The position numbers and the translations under genes are program-made. Positions 1 through 12,280 of a DNA stretch of 64,000 nucleotides are shown here, in pieces; the stretch's first letter is position 1, and every line of letters begins with the position of its first letter. The notes under the pieces were generated by a model that was given only the letters and a program-made list of their open reading frames with translations, ran no database searches and was not told where the DNA came from. Origin of the DNA: Callorhinchus milii (lineage: Eukaryota); NCBI RefSeq assembly GCF_018977255.1, contig NW_024704742.1, positions 4,962,001 through 5,026,000 of the forward strand, given 5' to 3'.

Positions 1-320
1 ATCGGGAGGACGTCCCAAGGTGCTGGAACGGACAGAGTTACGGACCCGAGCTGGGGGTCGGGGTAGGGCAGGGGGGAGGGCAGGGAGGGAAAGCACAGTC
101 GAAGAGGAGGGTCTTGAAGGTGGCGAGGGATCGGGGGGTCGAGACGGAGGGACTGCAGGATGGAATTCCAGAGGGTGGGCGCAGAGTAGTGGAAGGCCCC
201 CCTGCCCGCTGATAGTGGGGCGAGTGAGGCGGGGGACGTGAAGCAGGCCGGAGCCCGCTGAGCGGAGGGAGCGAACAGGATGGAAGGGGTTTAGGAGGTC
301 GGAGAGGTAGGGGAGATATA
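1..320 (-). mobile_element. L2 LINE 3' fragment
   Basis: Shares the GGGAGGACGTCCCAAGG 3' terminus and ORF2 C-terminal remnant with the other copies. Confidence 0.8.
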
Positions 321-589
321 CGAGCCAATCTGAAGAGTGCGGAGGGGAGGGAGCAATTCTCTCCTGTGCTGATTGATAAAAGCAGCAATCTTTCCACTAT
401 ATTTTAAGAATTAGTGGAAGCTGGAACCCAAGGACTGCAAAACTGCCAATTGTAAAGAATTTAAAAAATAAATAAATAAACTTAGATGACTCAGTTGTTA
501 GCACTTTCACCCGCGGGTCAGAAATATGGGTTCAAACCTTCTCACCTCAGGCAGCAACAACAGCAAATTGCATTTATATAGCGCAAAAT

Positions 590-776
590 TTTTGAAGGAA
601 TTATTACCCCCGAAAAGCGATCCGCCAATCGACTAACAACCGGGTTCCTACTTACTGTTAGGTAAACAGAGCCGTGTGGAGTAAGGAAACTGGCCCAAGG
701 TTTCGCTCTGCCGGGAATCGAACCCAGATCTCTCACTTGCGAGGCGAGTGCTCTGACCACTGAGCTACAGGACTCC
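590..776 (-). mobile_element. tRNA-derived SINE, 5' part
   Basis: Head GGAGTCCTGTAGCTCAGTGG...GGTTCGATTCCC with Pol III A and B boxes, followed by the family body. Confidence 0.85.
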
Positions 777-862
777 ACAGTCCTGTGTGTACCGACAATT
801 GAGAATAAAAAAAATCATTGCGACCTCCATAAAAACTGTTCCTACAAAGACCATGTACATAC

Positions 863-1019
863 CTCTCTTTTCTCCTGTATAAGGAACCAGGTCTTCTCTG
901 TCCTTGTGCTCTTTCGCTTCTTTCTCCAGGTGATCGAGAAGCTGATCTCTATTCAGAGGACCTGTGGGTTCCTTTTTTGTCTGATCTTTCTGCCTTAGTC
1001 CTGCAGGTAGGAGGTCATT
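863..1019 (-). CDS. TMOD1: Tropomodulin-1 second coding exon; gene continues left of the window
   Basis: NDLLPAGLRQKDQTKKEPTGPLNRDQLLDHLEKEAKEHKDREDLVPYTGEKR(G); 157 nt; CAG acceptor, GTATGT donor. Confidence 0.94.
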
Positions 1020-1934
1020 CTGGTGAAGCAATGAAATACAATTTAAATATGTTGCTATGATACGTAAATAGACAGTGCTTTCCAATTACTTAGCCTTGAG
1101 ACAGACCTCGAGTGAAGACAGTGGTGCATGACGTTATAATTTTGTTTCTTCTCAATTCCTTCAGTAAGGGAGCTGGTGGAGAACTTTCTCAGAAGCCACA
1201 ACAGTGCTGGCGTCTTCTTAGATACCCAATGTAGAGGATGGGGCAAACCCCACTCCTGTCCCATGTGCCAGAGGGTGTTACCGTGTTGTATTATTTCTTC
1301 TGTTTTCAATTTATGTTTCAATTTAATTACTGTAACGGAAAGGTGGGAAATCCGAACAGAGAAGCTGCCAGCAAGGCTCATATTAGTGCGAGCAAAGTGG
1401 CGGAAATCTCTTCCGCTGACGGAGGGACAGCAGGGGTGGATGATATGAAGCAGGAACCAATTGCCTAGATAGCAGTCCTGATACCTGGTAAACTCTGAAC
1501 GCTGGAAGTTCAGCATATGTGAACAACAGGTGAGAACAGGATTGGGCTACAATGTGTGGCTCCCCTCTCCCAGACTGAATAGCCTGCCAAGGCTCAGAAC
1601 ATTAACTGTCTTTTTGGGTAAAGCATTTAGCAGGTTGTAGACACCTGTGGAATGATACACTCAGCGTCAGGATAGGGATGAATTAAAAAAGAATACACAC
1701 ACACACAAGAAATATTCCCCCCCCCAAAAAAAGCCAAGGTTGAATATTGAATATTAAATATTATCACCAATAATAGAAATAATAAATGAATGTGAAATAA
1801 AAACAACTCCACTGTAACAGGAAGAAAATGTATTAGCCCAAATCTGCACCAAATATTCACACACGTAAAACGAATAGACTTTAACACACGTGGGCCATAA
1901 CAAAAGTAACAATGATAAATTATACTTTCTACCA

Positions 1935-2544
1935 CGTATACCAATGTTTCCACCTCCGTCTGCACCTCACAACCGAAACCCTTGTCCACGCCTTCGTCAC
2001 TTCCCGGCTGAACTATCCCAACACCCTCCTCGCTGGTCTCCCCAGCTCCACCCTACACAAAATTCAATGAATCCAAAACTCCGCCGTCCAGATACTTGTC
2101 TGCACAAAACTCCGTACCCCCATCACACCAGAGTCCTTGCCCGGCTCCACTGGCTCCCGATTACCGAACAGATCGATTTCCAGATCACGTCACTCGTTTT
2201 CAAATCCCTCGATGCCCTGGCACCTCCCTGCCTCTCCCATCTGCTTTACCCCCTACTGCACCACACTCTGCCTCCGCTCGGCTGGCTCCGGTCTCCTGTT
2301 TGTCACTCGTCCCCTCCACTCCACCATCAGTGGCCGCTACCCCCCGAAACTGTGGAAATCTCACCCTCAATCCCTCCGCCTTCCCCCTCTCCCCCCACCT
2401 TCAAATCCCACCTAAACACCTTCCTTTTTAAATCGTGCTTACGGTCAACTCCCTCTCCCCACCCCCCCCCCCCCCCCGGCTCGGTGTCAGACTCCGGGAC
2501 TCTACACTGTGCGAAGGGCGCTATATAAATGCAAGTTGTTGTTG
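1935..2544 (+). mobile_element. L2 LINE 3' fragment
   Basis: VLARLHWLPITEQIDFQITSLVFKSLDALAP (L2 ORF2 C-terminal motif); ends GGCGCTATATAAATGCAAG(TTG)n. Confidence 0.88.
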
Positions 2545-4293
2545 ATACCGTAACATTAATGAATGATTTGAATCCATTCGGTAGAATTTTGAAAACGTGC
2601 ATTTCTGAAACTTCACGCGTCGTCTATTAATAAAAATAATCTGAGGTTCGTTCACTGAGATTCATTCCACATGTGCTCTCTCATGTGTAGTGAGTACAGC
2701 ACCAGTTCATATAAAACATTCACCATAGATAAACAATGAAAAAGGACAGAACTGTTTGATTTAGAGCCAATCAATTAAGACACAACATTTTACTCCCTTT
2801 TTTGTACAAATCAAGTCTCGCAGTCTTATGTAACCCAAATATAGTAAAACAAATTAGGAACACATTAGCCTTTTATTTCTATTTAACTGTATCCCAGATA
2901 GCGAACGATAGTGAATTGTTTAGAGTTGTGTGAGTGTGATATAAATAAATCACCGTGCCATATATCCTTCTTGGGGATATTGAGGGTTTAGATCATTAAT
3001 TCTGTAAATGTACTGACTTGTGAAGAGATTACAAGCACAGTTTGGGTTTTAAACTTTTAAGTTCAATCACTCAATTAAATTCATGTTGGAATTATGCAAA
3101 TTGATGGGTTTAATCAGCCCAGGGCAGCAAGAAAGTTGGCAGCAAGAAAACCATATTTCCCATAAAGTTTCCACCAGAAAACTCCTGCTCTTAATGCAAA
3201 ACTTCATCAAGATGTACTTCATGTTATTCTAGTATTTGTAACAAACTGGATGTTTTAGAAAGAGTTATAATTGTAGAAGGGTTAAAAGGTAATTGGGTCT
3301 TTCCACATAGAGCATTTAGGAATCCTGGAGATCACCAACTCTGCAACTATTTTAACACACTATGTCAATTAACACTATGTCAATTATCATGGTTCACTGG
3401 GCATATTCAAGAGAAAACAGCCCATCAAGTGGAATTCAATATAGCCCTGACCAGTTAGTTATTCTTTCCACAAACTTTCACCCACAAAATATACAGTCAC
3501 TTCACTTTACAGTATATTCTGTGAAGCGCTTTGAGACATCTCGAAGACGTGATAAGGCGTTGTGTCAAAAGCAAGGATTATTATTTTATTATACGATCTA
3601 CCTATTCAGGGAGTCTTTAAAGATACCAGGACACTATTCTGAAAGAGAAGAAAGTTTCTCCTGAAGTCCTGGCCAACGGTCTTCCAATTGATCCAATTGA
3701 TCATTCAGTTCATGACTGTTTGTGGGAACTCGCCATGAGCAAAACATTTTTATCTTCAAAAGAATAACATCAAGGGTTTGAGATGTAAAAACATAATAAG
3801 ATATACAAATCTATTCTTGTTTGGGTAAACCTGCAACAGCAGAAGTGTCATTGCCAGCTGGCCCCATCCTAAATCTGGCAGCGTACTGCAGTGATTTTAC
3901 TAAACAAAGTCAAAAATCCAGTCAAGGTTATTCTGATCAATAATCAGAAATTATAAATACTTTTATTCGTGACTGAGCCAATTAGCTTTGCTTGCAGGTG
4001 TACTTATTCCATCTCATATCTGTCTGTGTTGCCTACTCCATTATGTTGCTCTCTTCCACAACGAGTTGAACAAAGCTAAGTTAGACTGATGGTTTTATCA
4101 CATTGTGTTGTCAACCTGATGGTCTATTATTTGTAAGTGTTGATAGTGCTTTAGAAGTAAAGAAAGGGTGTGTGTGCGAGAGGGCGTGTGTGCGCACGCG
4201 ATAGTGTGCGTGCCCGTGCGAGAGGGTGTGTGTGTGTGTGTGTGTATATACACGAGAGGGTGTGTTTGTATATGGACGCTGGTCTATACTTAC

Positions 4294-4419
4294 ATCTGGA
4301 TCTAATTCCTCCAACTCATCCTCCAGCTGCCTGATCTCCTCTTCTGATAATTTTGTGAGAAGCTCATCTTCATCAACATCTCGATATTTCTCTAACTCCT
4401 TTGTAAATGGCGTAGACAT
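4294..4419 (-). CDS. TMOD1: Tropomodulin-1 first coding exon (exon spans 4294-4462 including UTR)
   Basis: MSTPFTKELEKYRDVDEDELLTKLSEEEIRQLEDELEELDPD is the tropomodulin N-terminus; TGCAG acceptor at 4463, GTAAGT donor at 4293; paralog assigned as TMOD1 from its position next to TDRD7. Confidence 0.92.
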
Positions 4420-4644
4420 GTTCAGCCGCTCTTGGATTGTGCTCCGCAGGGCTGAAGGGCACCTGCAAATACGAACAACCAAAATGATGAAAAAATAAAG
4501 CTGGCAAACACGAAACTCATTTCTCCTAGAAATTAATTGTGACTGTACCCATACAAAATATTCACTTCTCCACACTGGAGAAGCATCTTCTGATCTAGCC
4601 ATGCGAACCAGTGAAATGACTGGTGCTATCCTAACTGTACGATG

Positions 4645-5190
4645 ACAACAAATTACATTTGCACAGCGCCTTTCACGTCAGGAGGACATCCCAAGGCACT
4701 GGACAGTCAGTGTTTCGGACCTGAGCTGGGGGTCGGGATCAGGGAGGGTGGGGGGCATAAGGGGGGGCGGGGAAGGAGGGCACGGTCGAAAAGGAGGGTC
4801 TAGAGACAGATCTTGAAGGAGGAAAGGGAAGGGGTGAGGGGGAGAACCTGAGGGATGGAGCTTCAGAGGATGGGGGCAGAGTGGCTGAAGGCCCGCCCGC
4901 CGATGGTGGGGCGAGTGAAGCGGGGCATGTGAAGCAGGCGAGAGCCGCTGAGCGGAGGGAGCGGGCACGATGGTAGGGGGTTAGGAGGTCGCAGAGTAGG
5001 GGGAGAGCAAAACCATGGATGGCTTTGAAAGTGAGGACCAGGAGCTTCAACTGTATCCTCTGTGTGATGGGAAGCCAGTGGAGTCGAGTGAGGATGGGGG
5101 TGATGGGGTCGTGGAGCCTGGTGCGGGAGAGGACACGACGGGCTGCAGAGTTCTGGATGATCTGCAGTCTGTGGAGGGTGGAGTTGGGGT
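4645..5190 (-). mobile_element. L2 LINE 3' fragment
   Basis: LQIIQNSAARRVLSRTRLHDPITPILTRLHWLPITQRIQLKLLVLTFKAIHG. Confidence 0.9.
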
Positions 5191-5191
5191 G

Positions 5192-5482
5192 GCTGTTTAC
5201 ACAGCAGTAAGTAGGAACGTGGTTGCTAATCAATTGGCGGATCGCTTTTCTGGAGATAATAATCCTTTAAAAAAGCCCCAAAAAACCAATAATAATTTGG
5301 TCACTCAATCCACGACTGTTTGTGGGGACGCTGCTGTGCGTAATTGGCCGCCGCGTTTCGCCCACAAAAATATACAGTCAATTCACTTTACAGTATATTC
5401 TGTGAAGCGCTTTGAGACGTCTCGAAGACGTGATAAGGCGCTGTATCAAATGCAAGGATTATTATTATTATTATTATTATTA
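5192..5482 (+). mobile_element. tRNA-SINE body and tail (headless), abutting an L2
   Basis: Family body; tail GAGACGTCTCGAAGACGTGATAAGGCGC...CAAGG(ATT)n. Confidence 0.85.
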
Positions 5483-6061
5483 AGTCGAGATTTGCTGAAA
5501 ACTTGCACACTGCTCCTATATCAGGACGGCTCTTTTAGCAGCTCTCCTCGACAACCCACAATAAAAGGTTTGTCATATGTCAGGTGTGTACTGTTTCTAA
5601 CAACTCTCTCTCGAATCTGTTAACGCTACTTTACCTCGAAACAAACGTTGTTCCTCCCAAGTAACAAATAAAATGAACTCTGATAACTCGTCACTCCGAG
5701 GGAAAGGGGCTCAGTGACAAGTTATCGGCGAGTTTGGCAGATGTATAATTACAAATACACGCGTCTGGAATATTGACAGCGTGATGATTTAAGTAGTAAT
5801 GACAAGTTAAGCCAGGGTTGAGTTATCAGAAGGTTCATGAATGCAGTTTGACATTCTGCCCACTCCCTGAAATCAAAAGTCTTCACACCGTCTGCCACTC
5901 TAACTTAATAATTTTCAGGATTGTACTTCAACGACAACTTGACGTTATGCAGCATTCGTTTTTTTGGTCTCGTTTTAAACAGAAAATGTCTCAAGATGCT
6001 TCAGAAACGGAAAGAGCGAGAAGGAAGGAGATGGCCGAAGGCATAAAGAAGTAGACAAAAG

Positions 6062-6214
6062 AGCAAAATACCGCAGATGCTGGAAATCTGAAATAAAAAC
6101 AAAGTATTTCAGGTCGATCACCTTTCGTCAGAGCTGAAACATTAACTCACTTTCCTCTCTCCATAGATGCTGCCTGACCTGCTGTGTGTTCCCAGAGACT
6201 TCTGTTTTTATTGC
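6062..6214. repeat. Small chondrichthyan-type repeat, probably Penelope-derived, with a hammerhead-like core
   Basis: GCAGATGCTGGAAATCTGAAATAAAAAC...GATGCTGCCTGACCTGCTG...CTGTTTTTATT; CTGACGA..GAAA on the minus strand. Confidence 0.5.
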
Positions 6215-7066
6215 GTAAAGAAATAGGCTTTTTGATGGATTTTGAAAGCAGACAGGGGAGGATGTGAGGTGCAGTGATTTAAGGAGAGAATCCCAGAGAG
6301 TGGGGCCAAAGTGACATTAACATTTTTGGGTTCTTCACCCCCCGCCCCCCCCTCCACCCTCATTTTACATGAAAGCAACCAAATGCTACCTCTTTTCCCA
6401 TTTTATTCCTTTACCGCTCTTCTCAACTCCTGTGGTGCACTGAATAGCTCTGAACTATAGAAACATGATCCTTTATTTATATATTAATTTTAAGTATATC
6501 TACGAGGCTAATGTCAAAGTTCTGGCAAAAGGCCTACTTTGCTTTCTCAGAAATGCAGTTCCATTAAATTGAATGACATTTATTGGGGTCTCAATATATA
6601 ATAACACTAAAACTTGCAATTGATCACGTTGCATTTGATCAAAGAATTTTCTGTAAAGTTCACTGACGTATTTGTAAGCGAAGACAGCAGGCAATTTGCG
6701 CAAAGCAATGTCCCACAAATAGCCATGAAGTAAATGACCAACAAATTATCTTAGTGATTGTTGGCAAGGGCATGGGATCTTTAACATCCACCTGATTACG
6801 CAGATAGGATCTTAGTTTAATATCTCATTCCGCAAGACAAGTTTAATATCTCTGATAATGCAGCAGTCTTCCAGCACTACACTGCATTGTCAGCTCAGAC
6901 TGTGAGCTCCAAGTGCCAACATGGGGCAAATTCCACCTTCTGAGGCACGCTGACCCCTGAAAACATGGTCAGAAAGGCAGCCAAACTAATTTCTCCATGG
7001 TATCAAATTATATCCTTGAACACCTAAAATTAACCATTGGATACTCAGCCAATTGCAACTGCAGCC

Positions 7067-7276
7067 AATTCCGCACAGCAGCGTCCCACGGACAGTCGTG
7101 GATCGAGTGACCAATTTATTATTTCTTTTTTGGAAGGAATTATTACCCCCGGAAAAGCGATCCACCAATCGCCTAACGACTGGGTTCCTAGTTATTGCTA
7201 GGTAAACAGACCCAAGATTTCGCCCTGCCGGGAATTGAACCCAGTTCTCTCGCTTGCAAGGCAGTGCTCCAACCAC
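7067..7276 (-). mobile_element. tRNA-SINE partial copy
   Basis: Head and body match the 27219-27526 copy. Confidence 0.8.
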
Positions 7277-7539
7277 TTTTGCATTAAAACAGCAATATCA
7301 CAAAGAAGGTATTTTTTAAAACAAAATTAGAAGGTAACTTTCCTATCCATCTGGTTCAATCCGGCATTGATGTGTCGAACTATGAAGAGCAAAAGTCATT
7401 TTTGTTATCAAAAAAAGCCACGCTATGACTCCAGTAGTGTGTGTATATATACATATATATATATATGTGTATATATATATTTTCAGTCAAAAAGCATAGC
7501 TCTGAGAAAAAAAAAAGCTTTCATTTAGGGGTCAGTCTG

Positions 7540-7770
7540 GATCAGTTGTAGCATTTATGCCTCCAAGTCAGAAGGTCAAACCCCACTTCAAAACTTTGAG
7601 CAACTTCTCCAGGCTGTTACTCTAATGCAATGCAATATATTGCACTGTCGGAGTTTGTCACCCTTTGGATGAGGTGCTAAATCACGGTTCCAACTTCCTG
7701 TTCAAGTAGATCTTAAAGATCCCAAGGCCAAATTCAAAACGAGGAGTTTCTCCCCGCGTCCTGGCCAACA
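7540..7770 (+). mobile_element. Old Deu-domain-type SINE (AmnSINE/SacSINE-like), degraded
   Basis: TTGGATGAG...TTAAAGATCCC...GTCCTGGCCAAC core shared with the copies at 20110, 44400, 46000, 49440 and 58910. Confidence 0.55.
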
Positions 7771-10228
7771 ATCTTTGCAGAAAAGAAACTGTAGTAAACA
7801 TAGTCAGACTGTAGCGTTTCAAACAAGCTTTGGGTTATCAAATGCATGCTTCACTAAAACATTATTCGGACATCGGAACCCATAAATAAATGCCAAGAAC
7901 TGTAGCTGTCCCAGTCAAAACATTTTTAAAAATAAAACATTTTGACCAAAAAACACATGGCTGTTTGTAAGACTTCGCTGTGCGCAAATTGCTGTCGTAT
8001 TTGCCTCCAAACAGGTAAATTTACAGTAAATTTACAGTAAATTCTGTGAAGCGCTCTGAAACGTTGTCGGCAAATGGTAAGGCGAGAGATCAAACGCACA
8101 TATTATTACTATTATAAATAATAATCTGATCAACGATTTCTTTCAAAAATCTAGCTATACCTTCGACAAGGATTGCCAAAAAACTTCAACTTAGCTTTCT
8201 CCCTCGTGCTATCAACGCTGAATGGTTTGTTGAACCTTGTTATCAAATGATTTACTGCTCCTAACACAGTGTAAATAAATGCGGTGGAGACAGTCCCTCG
8301 GGGGCTTGATGAGGCTTATTTTAGTGGACGCTTATTTCAGTTCCCTCAAACTGCGTCGGGCTCAACGGTGTCTTTGAGCGAGAGCCAGTTTCCCCAATGC
8401 CGTCACGAGCACGCAATATAAAAACAAAATAAAATCCTAAAAAGAGCCAATACTACAAGGCCAAAAAAAGATGGTTTGATTACTATTAATCTAATGTTTA
8501 AACCGAGTTGTTGACGGTGAGATTTTTCTCCCCTAATTCAACGTTATTGTTGGTTAACTTAGTCCGACTGTAGTCTTCTGACCAATTTAGGTTTCCTTAT
8601 TTTCCAGATTCCCTGAGATATTTTTTTCATTTACAATAACTATGAGATACTTGTCAGAATGAAATAAACTGGAAGATAATATATTATTGTCCACATCAGG
8701 TTGATTATAAACATGCACTGAAAATAAACAAAATTACAATACATGTTTTGTCGATACAGTAAAATAATCCAATGTACACATGTCCAAGTGTTATTCATTA
8801 ACATTATGAATAGTGGTAATTGTAGACAACTAATTTTGCTTCAATTTCAAACCTATCGAGTTCAAGATCGATATATTTTGTAACGTAACTGAATTAGAGT
8901 CAATATCTCTCATTATATTCTTTAAAAAAAAACCCTCTTCCTCAAAGAGGGAATAATCAGGATTTTGGGTTGCTCAACTGGTTGACTCCTGGATGTTCTG
9001 AGGCACTAACCTGCGTGATGGGTGCTACATAAATGCAAGTTGTTACTGTTGTTAGGAAACAGAGCTTCGGAGTTAAATCCCAGTGAGTGAACACAGTTTT
9101 TCACCCTTTTAAAGTTGATAAAACGGGAGGGGAAGGAAGAGTGGGCGTCATCGACTCGCGGAATCATTTCTGGAGAGACATACTCAGGCAGCTCTGTACT
9201 CCGTGTAGACTGACCAACACGAGTGGCTCACCAATGAAAACCTTGGAAGGCGAGAACGTGTTCTCAAACCTGAAAACAACCAATAGGCAGAGCAGTCCTT
9301 CCTGGCCGAGTACGGTGAAACCTTATGCTTGACCAGTCAATACTGGATTGACTCTCAAACGGTCATCGTCACAGAGCACAGCGGCCTGAGCTCATTCAAC
9401 CCCCTTTGACTCTGGGAAAGTCACTGTTGCTATAGACATACTAGGCAACCATGATTCAACCCAATTGACGCACAGCAGGTTAAAGATATCTGGAGTACAT
9501 TTTTTTCGAGGCAAAATGTACTTGCGCTGGTGTAAGTGATGATCGCGAAGAGATCGAGGCTGTGGTCATACTAGTGTTATAAAGCAGAAAGTGATTCCAA
9601 GCAGTGCCGTCTGTTATGCGAATTGTGTAAATCACGTGCATTACTTGAGTTGCTTGAGTTGTGTACGGGTTCGCAGTATTCCAGGGCCCGGCTGATGACA
9701 GCACTACCCAGCTCGGCTCATCGGCAGGACCTGGAAGGACAGACCAGTCACTGGGGGCAGGGAGTCATCCCACTCAGCTCCTGTTCACCCTGCACGCCAA
9801 AGCCCTAACGGAAAGGTGGTCCTAGCTGGACAAGCAGCGGGAAAGCTTGCCGGATAGCGATATTGATGGCAAGCTGTGCGGTGTTAGCTGGATAGACTCC
9901 AGCAGTTACCCCAACGCAGACTCAGGGGTCCCCAAGCCTTGGCTCTTGCCAACCTGCGCCTACTACTTTCCGGAATTAGGTAAACAGGATGTGTCCCTCC
10001 AGGGAGAGAGAAAGAGAGCGCATTCCATTCCAACCATCTATCTCTGGGATTTCCATGTGTAAGTGAGATGCGTGGAATTCTCAGTTTGATTTGGATACTC
10101 TTAAGCAACGGTGATGGGTTTCCACATGTGTCAGACACCGGCTGACCCCAAAAACATTGTGTAAACATACATGTTCAAAAAGAATTACAGATGTCCGCGT
10201 TAAGAACCAATGAAAAGGATTACAGATG

Positions 10229-10400
10229 GTAATAATAGTAATAATCCTTGCATTTGATATAATGTCTCATCACGACATTGAGATGTCTCAAAGCTCTTCA
10301 CAGAATATATTGTAAAGTGTAGTGATTGTATATCTTGGCAGCCAATTGCGCACGGCAGTGTCCCACAAACAGTCGTGGATTGAGTGACCAAATTATTGCT
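10229..10400 (-). mobile_element. tRNA-SINE 3' part
   Basis: (AAT)n CCTTGCATTTGATA tail plus body. Confidence 0.8.
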
Positions 10401-11279
10401 TTTTCCTAGAATTCTTTTCACTGTTATCTATTAAGTAATTAACAACACCTGTAATTTCCTCTGCACCCCCACAAAATACAGTCCATGTCCTGCGCCCAAC
10501 AATTTGGTGAGATTTTCACTTAATCCGACTACCTCCTCATTTTCTCCAAGAAACCATTTGGCTTCATCTATCTCCTTTCAACAAAGAAAGCCACCTGAGA
10601 GCTTAAAAGCTTTTCCACGACCACTAAGTCAAATAGCGTCAGCGCAAACTACTTGAGTGTCTCCAACCCAACGTGACACTTGATTTCTGCCAAGCAGCGT
10701 TTGCTTTAAAAACAACGGCACTGTATTTTTTTTGAATACAAACGAGCATCGACAGGTCTGGTACAAAACAACTTTGCCTCTCTCTCACGAACGGCCAAGT
10801 CTAGAACAATTTTAAACTGAGACAAAACACGAATTTCCCTGATTTAAGTAGAACCAGTGGTGTGTGTGTCTCTTTTAACCACTCGCTTCATAGCAGCTGT
10901 CAAAACTCCCTGGTCTGTGTGACACAGTGAGCCACTAGGTGCTAACGTGACACTGAACAGTACGGGTGACAGCCACTTTCTTTCGGTCTGATCCCAACGG
11001 TAACAACTATTCCTATTCAATCTGCAGTTTTCATTCCAACCCCATCGAACCCGGACGTTCGTCAAGTTGGGTGTTAATTCCTGACACGTCACAGCAAACG
11101 TTTTAGCAAGTCAAAATATTAAACACTCATAAACATTTCCTTCTGCACTTTTCCAGTAATCCATTCCACGACACGTATTTTTGTTTCATTTCACGAATGA
11201 ACGATTAAAACTACCACTTCGTACTGTCCGGCTGCGGTCAATCAAGGCTGAGAGGGACACCAGAAAAGGCGGCATAGAC

Positions 11280-11450
11280 TTCGTGAGCGACGTGAGTGAG
11301 TGAGTGAGTGTGAGAGTGCGGGAATGTGAGCGTGAGTAAGCGTGTGAGCGTGAGTGAGTTCGAGTGAGTTTGAGAGTGAACGAGTGAGCGCGAGTGTGTG
11401 AGAGTGAGTGTGGGAGAGAGTGAGCGAGTGTGAGCGTGAGAGTGTGAGCG
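11280..11450. repeat. Compound GTGA/GAGT/GCGT low-complexity tandem repeat
   Basis: Directly visible; it generates the spurious HS/TL-rich ORFs here. Confidence 0.9.
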
Positions 11451-11550
11451 CCAGATCTGATACATATGGTTGTCTCTGTGTTTTTTTTAGCCATTTAAAG
11501 AAACCGACATGTATACCACTTCCAGGTTGTTGGAAGCTGACTTCACTGGG

Positions 11551-11875
11551 CTATTTTTAATCGCGTTCACCCAAGTTACATTGCAAAAGAAAGAAAGCAA
11601 CACCCTCCGAAGACAGCTCGTCTTTAAATTACACGCATACATCTGACAAATAAAAACATTTCGAAACAAAGGAAAACCTCACGGCTTCTATCCCAACGAA
11701 GCGAAAGGAAAAAAAGAAACACAACACAGGGGTGTCCGAGAAGCAATGAGTTGCTCTCAGATTAGGTTTTTTTTTTTCCTCCTCTCTTCTCTTCTCTTGA
11801 GTCTATTTTTAGAGCTGAGCTTGTGTTGTGCTCATTCCCACTTTGTGACAGCTGAAATATTTTGACCAGATATGG
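11551..11875. promoter_or_regulatory. Putative muscle cis-regulatory module of TMOD1
   Basis: MEF2 consensus CTATTTTTAA (11551-11560) and CTATTTTTAG (11803-11812); E-box CAGCTG (11849-11854) overlapping TGACAG; CArG-like CCAGATATGG (11866-11875). Confidence 0.5.
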
Positions 11876-11884
11876 CTTTGCAGA

Positions 11885-12280
11885 ATAGAAGAGACAGAAG
11901 TCAATAAGAAAAAGAAGCAGAGAGAGAGAGAGAGAGAAAGAAAGAAAGAAAGAAAGAGAAGAGAAGAGAGAGGGAAGGAGGGAGGGAGGGAGGGAGAGAG
12001 AGAGAGAGAGAGGTGGCTTACCTTTGTTGGTGTTGGTTTGCAGGGTGTGTGGGTGACTGGTTGGGGTCAGGGATGGCAGTGGGTACCCCCCTGGCCAGGA
12101 CTCTGAGAGAGGCTGTGAACTTGCTCTCCTCTCTCTCTCTCTCTCTCTCCTTCCTTCCCTCCCTCTCTCTCTCTCTCTCTCCCTCCCACAGCTTCTCTCC
12201 TTGTGGTTCACAACCTTCACACGTTACAAAGCACAGGCGCGCCCCCTACACCCACAGCACAGAGAGAGAGAGAGAGAGAG
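11885..12280. repeat. (GA)n and (CT)n microsatellite tracts
   Basis: Purine tract 11885-12012, pyrimidine tract 12123-12187, further (GA)n at about 12260-12280. Confidence 0.9.
12022..12125 (-). other. TMOD1: Candidate TMOD1 non-coding first exon (5' boundary uncertain)
   Basis: Strong donor AAG|GTAAGC at 12021; GC-richer unique island between GA/CT tracts, with muscle TF motifs adjacent. Confidence 0.45.

Noticed and set aside
9494..9522. Perfect 10-bp hairpin AGTACATTTT/AAAATGTACT
   Set aside because: Short and AT-rich; not clearly preserved in the inverted partner copy
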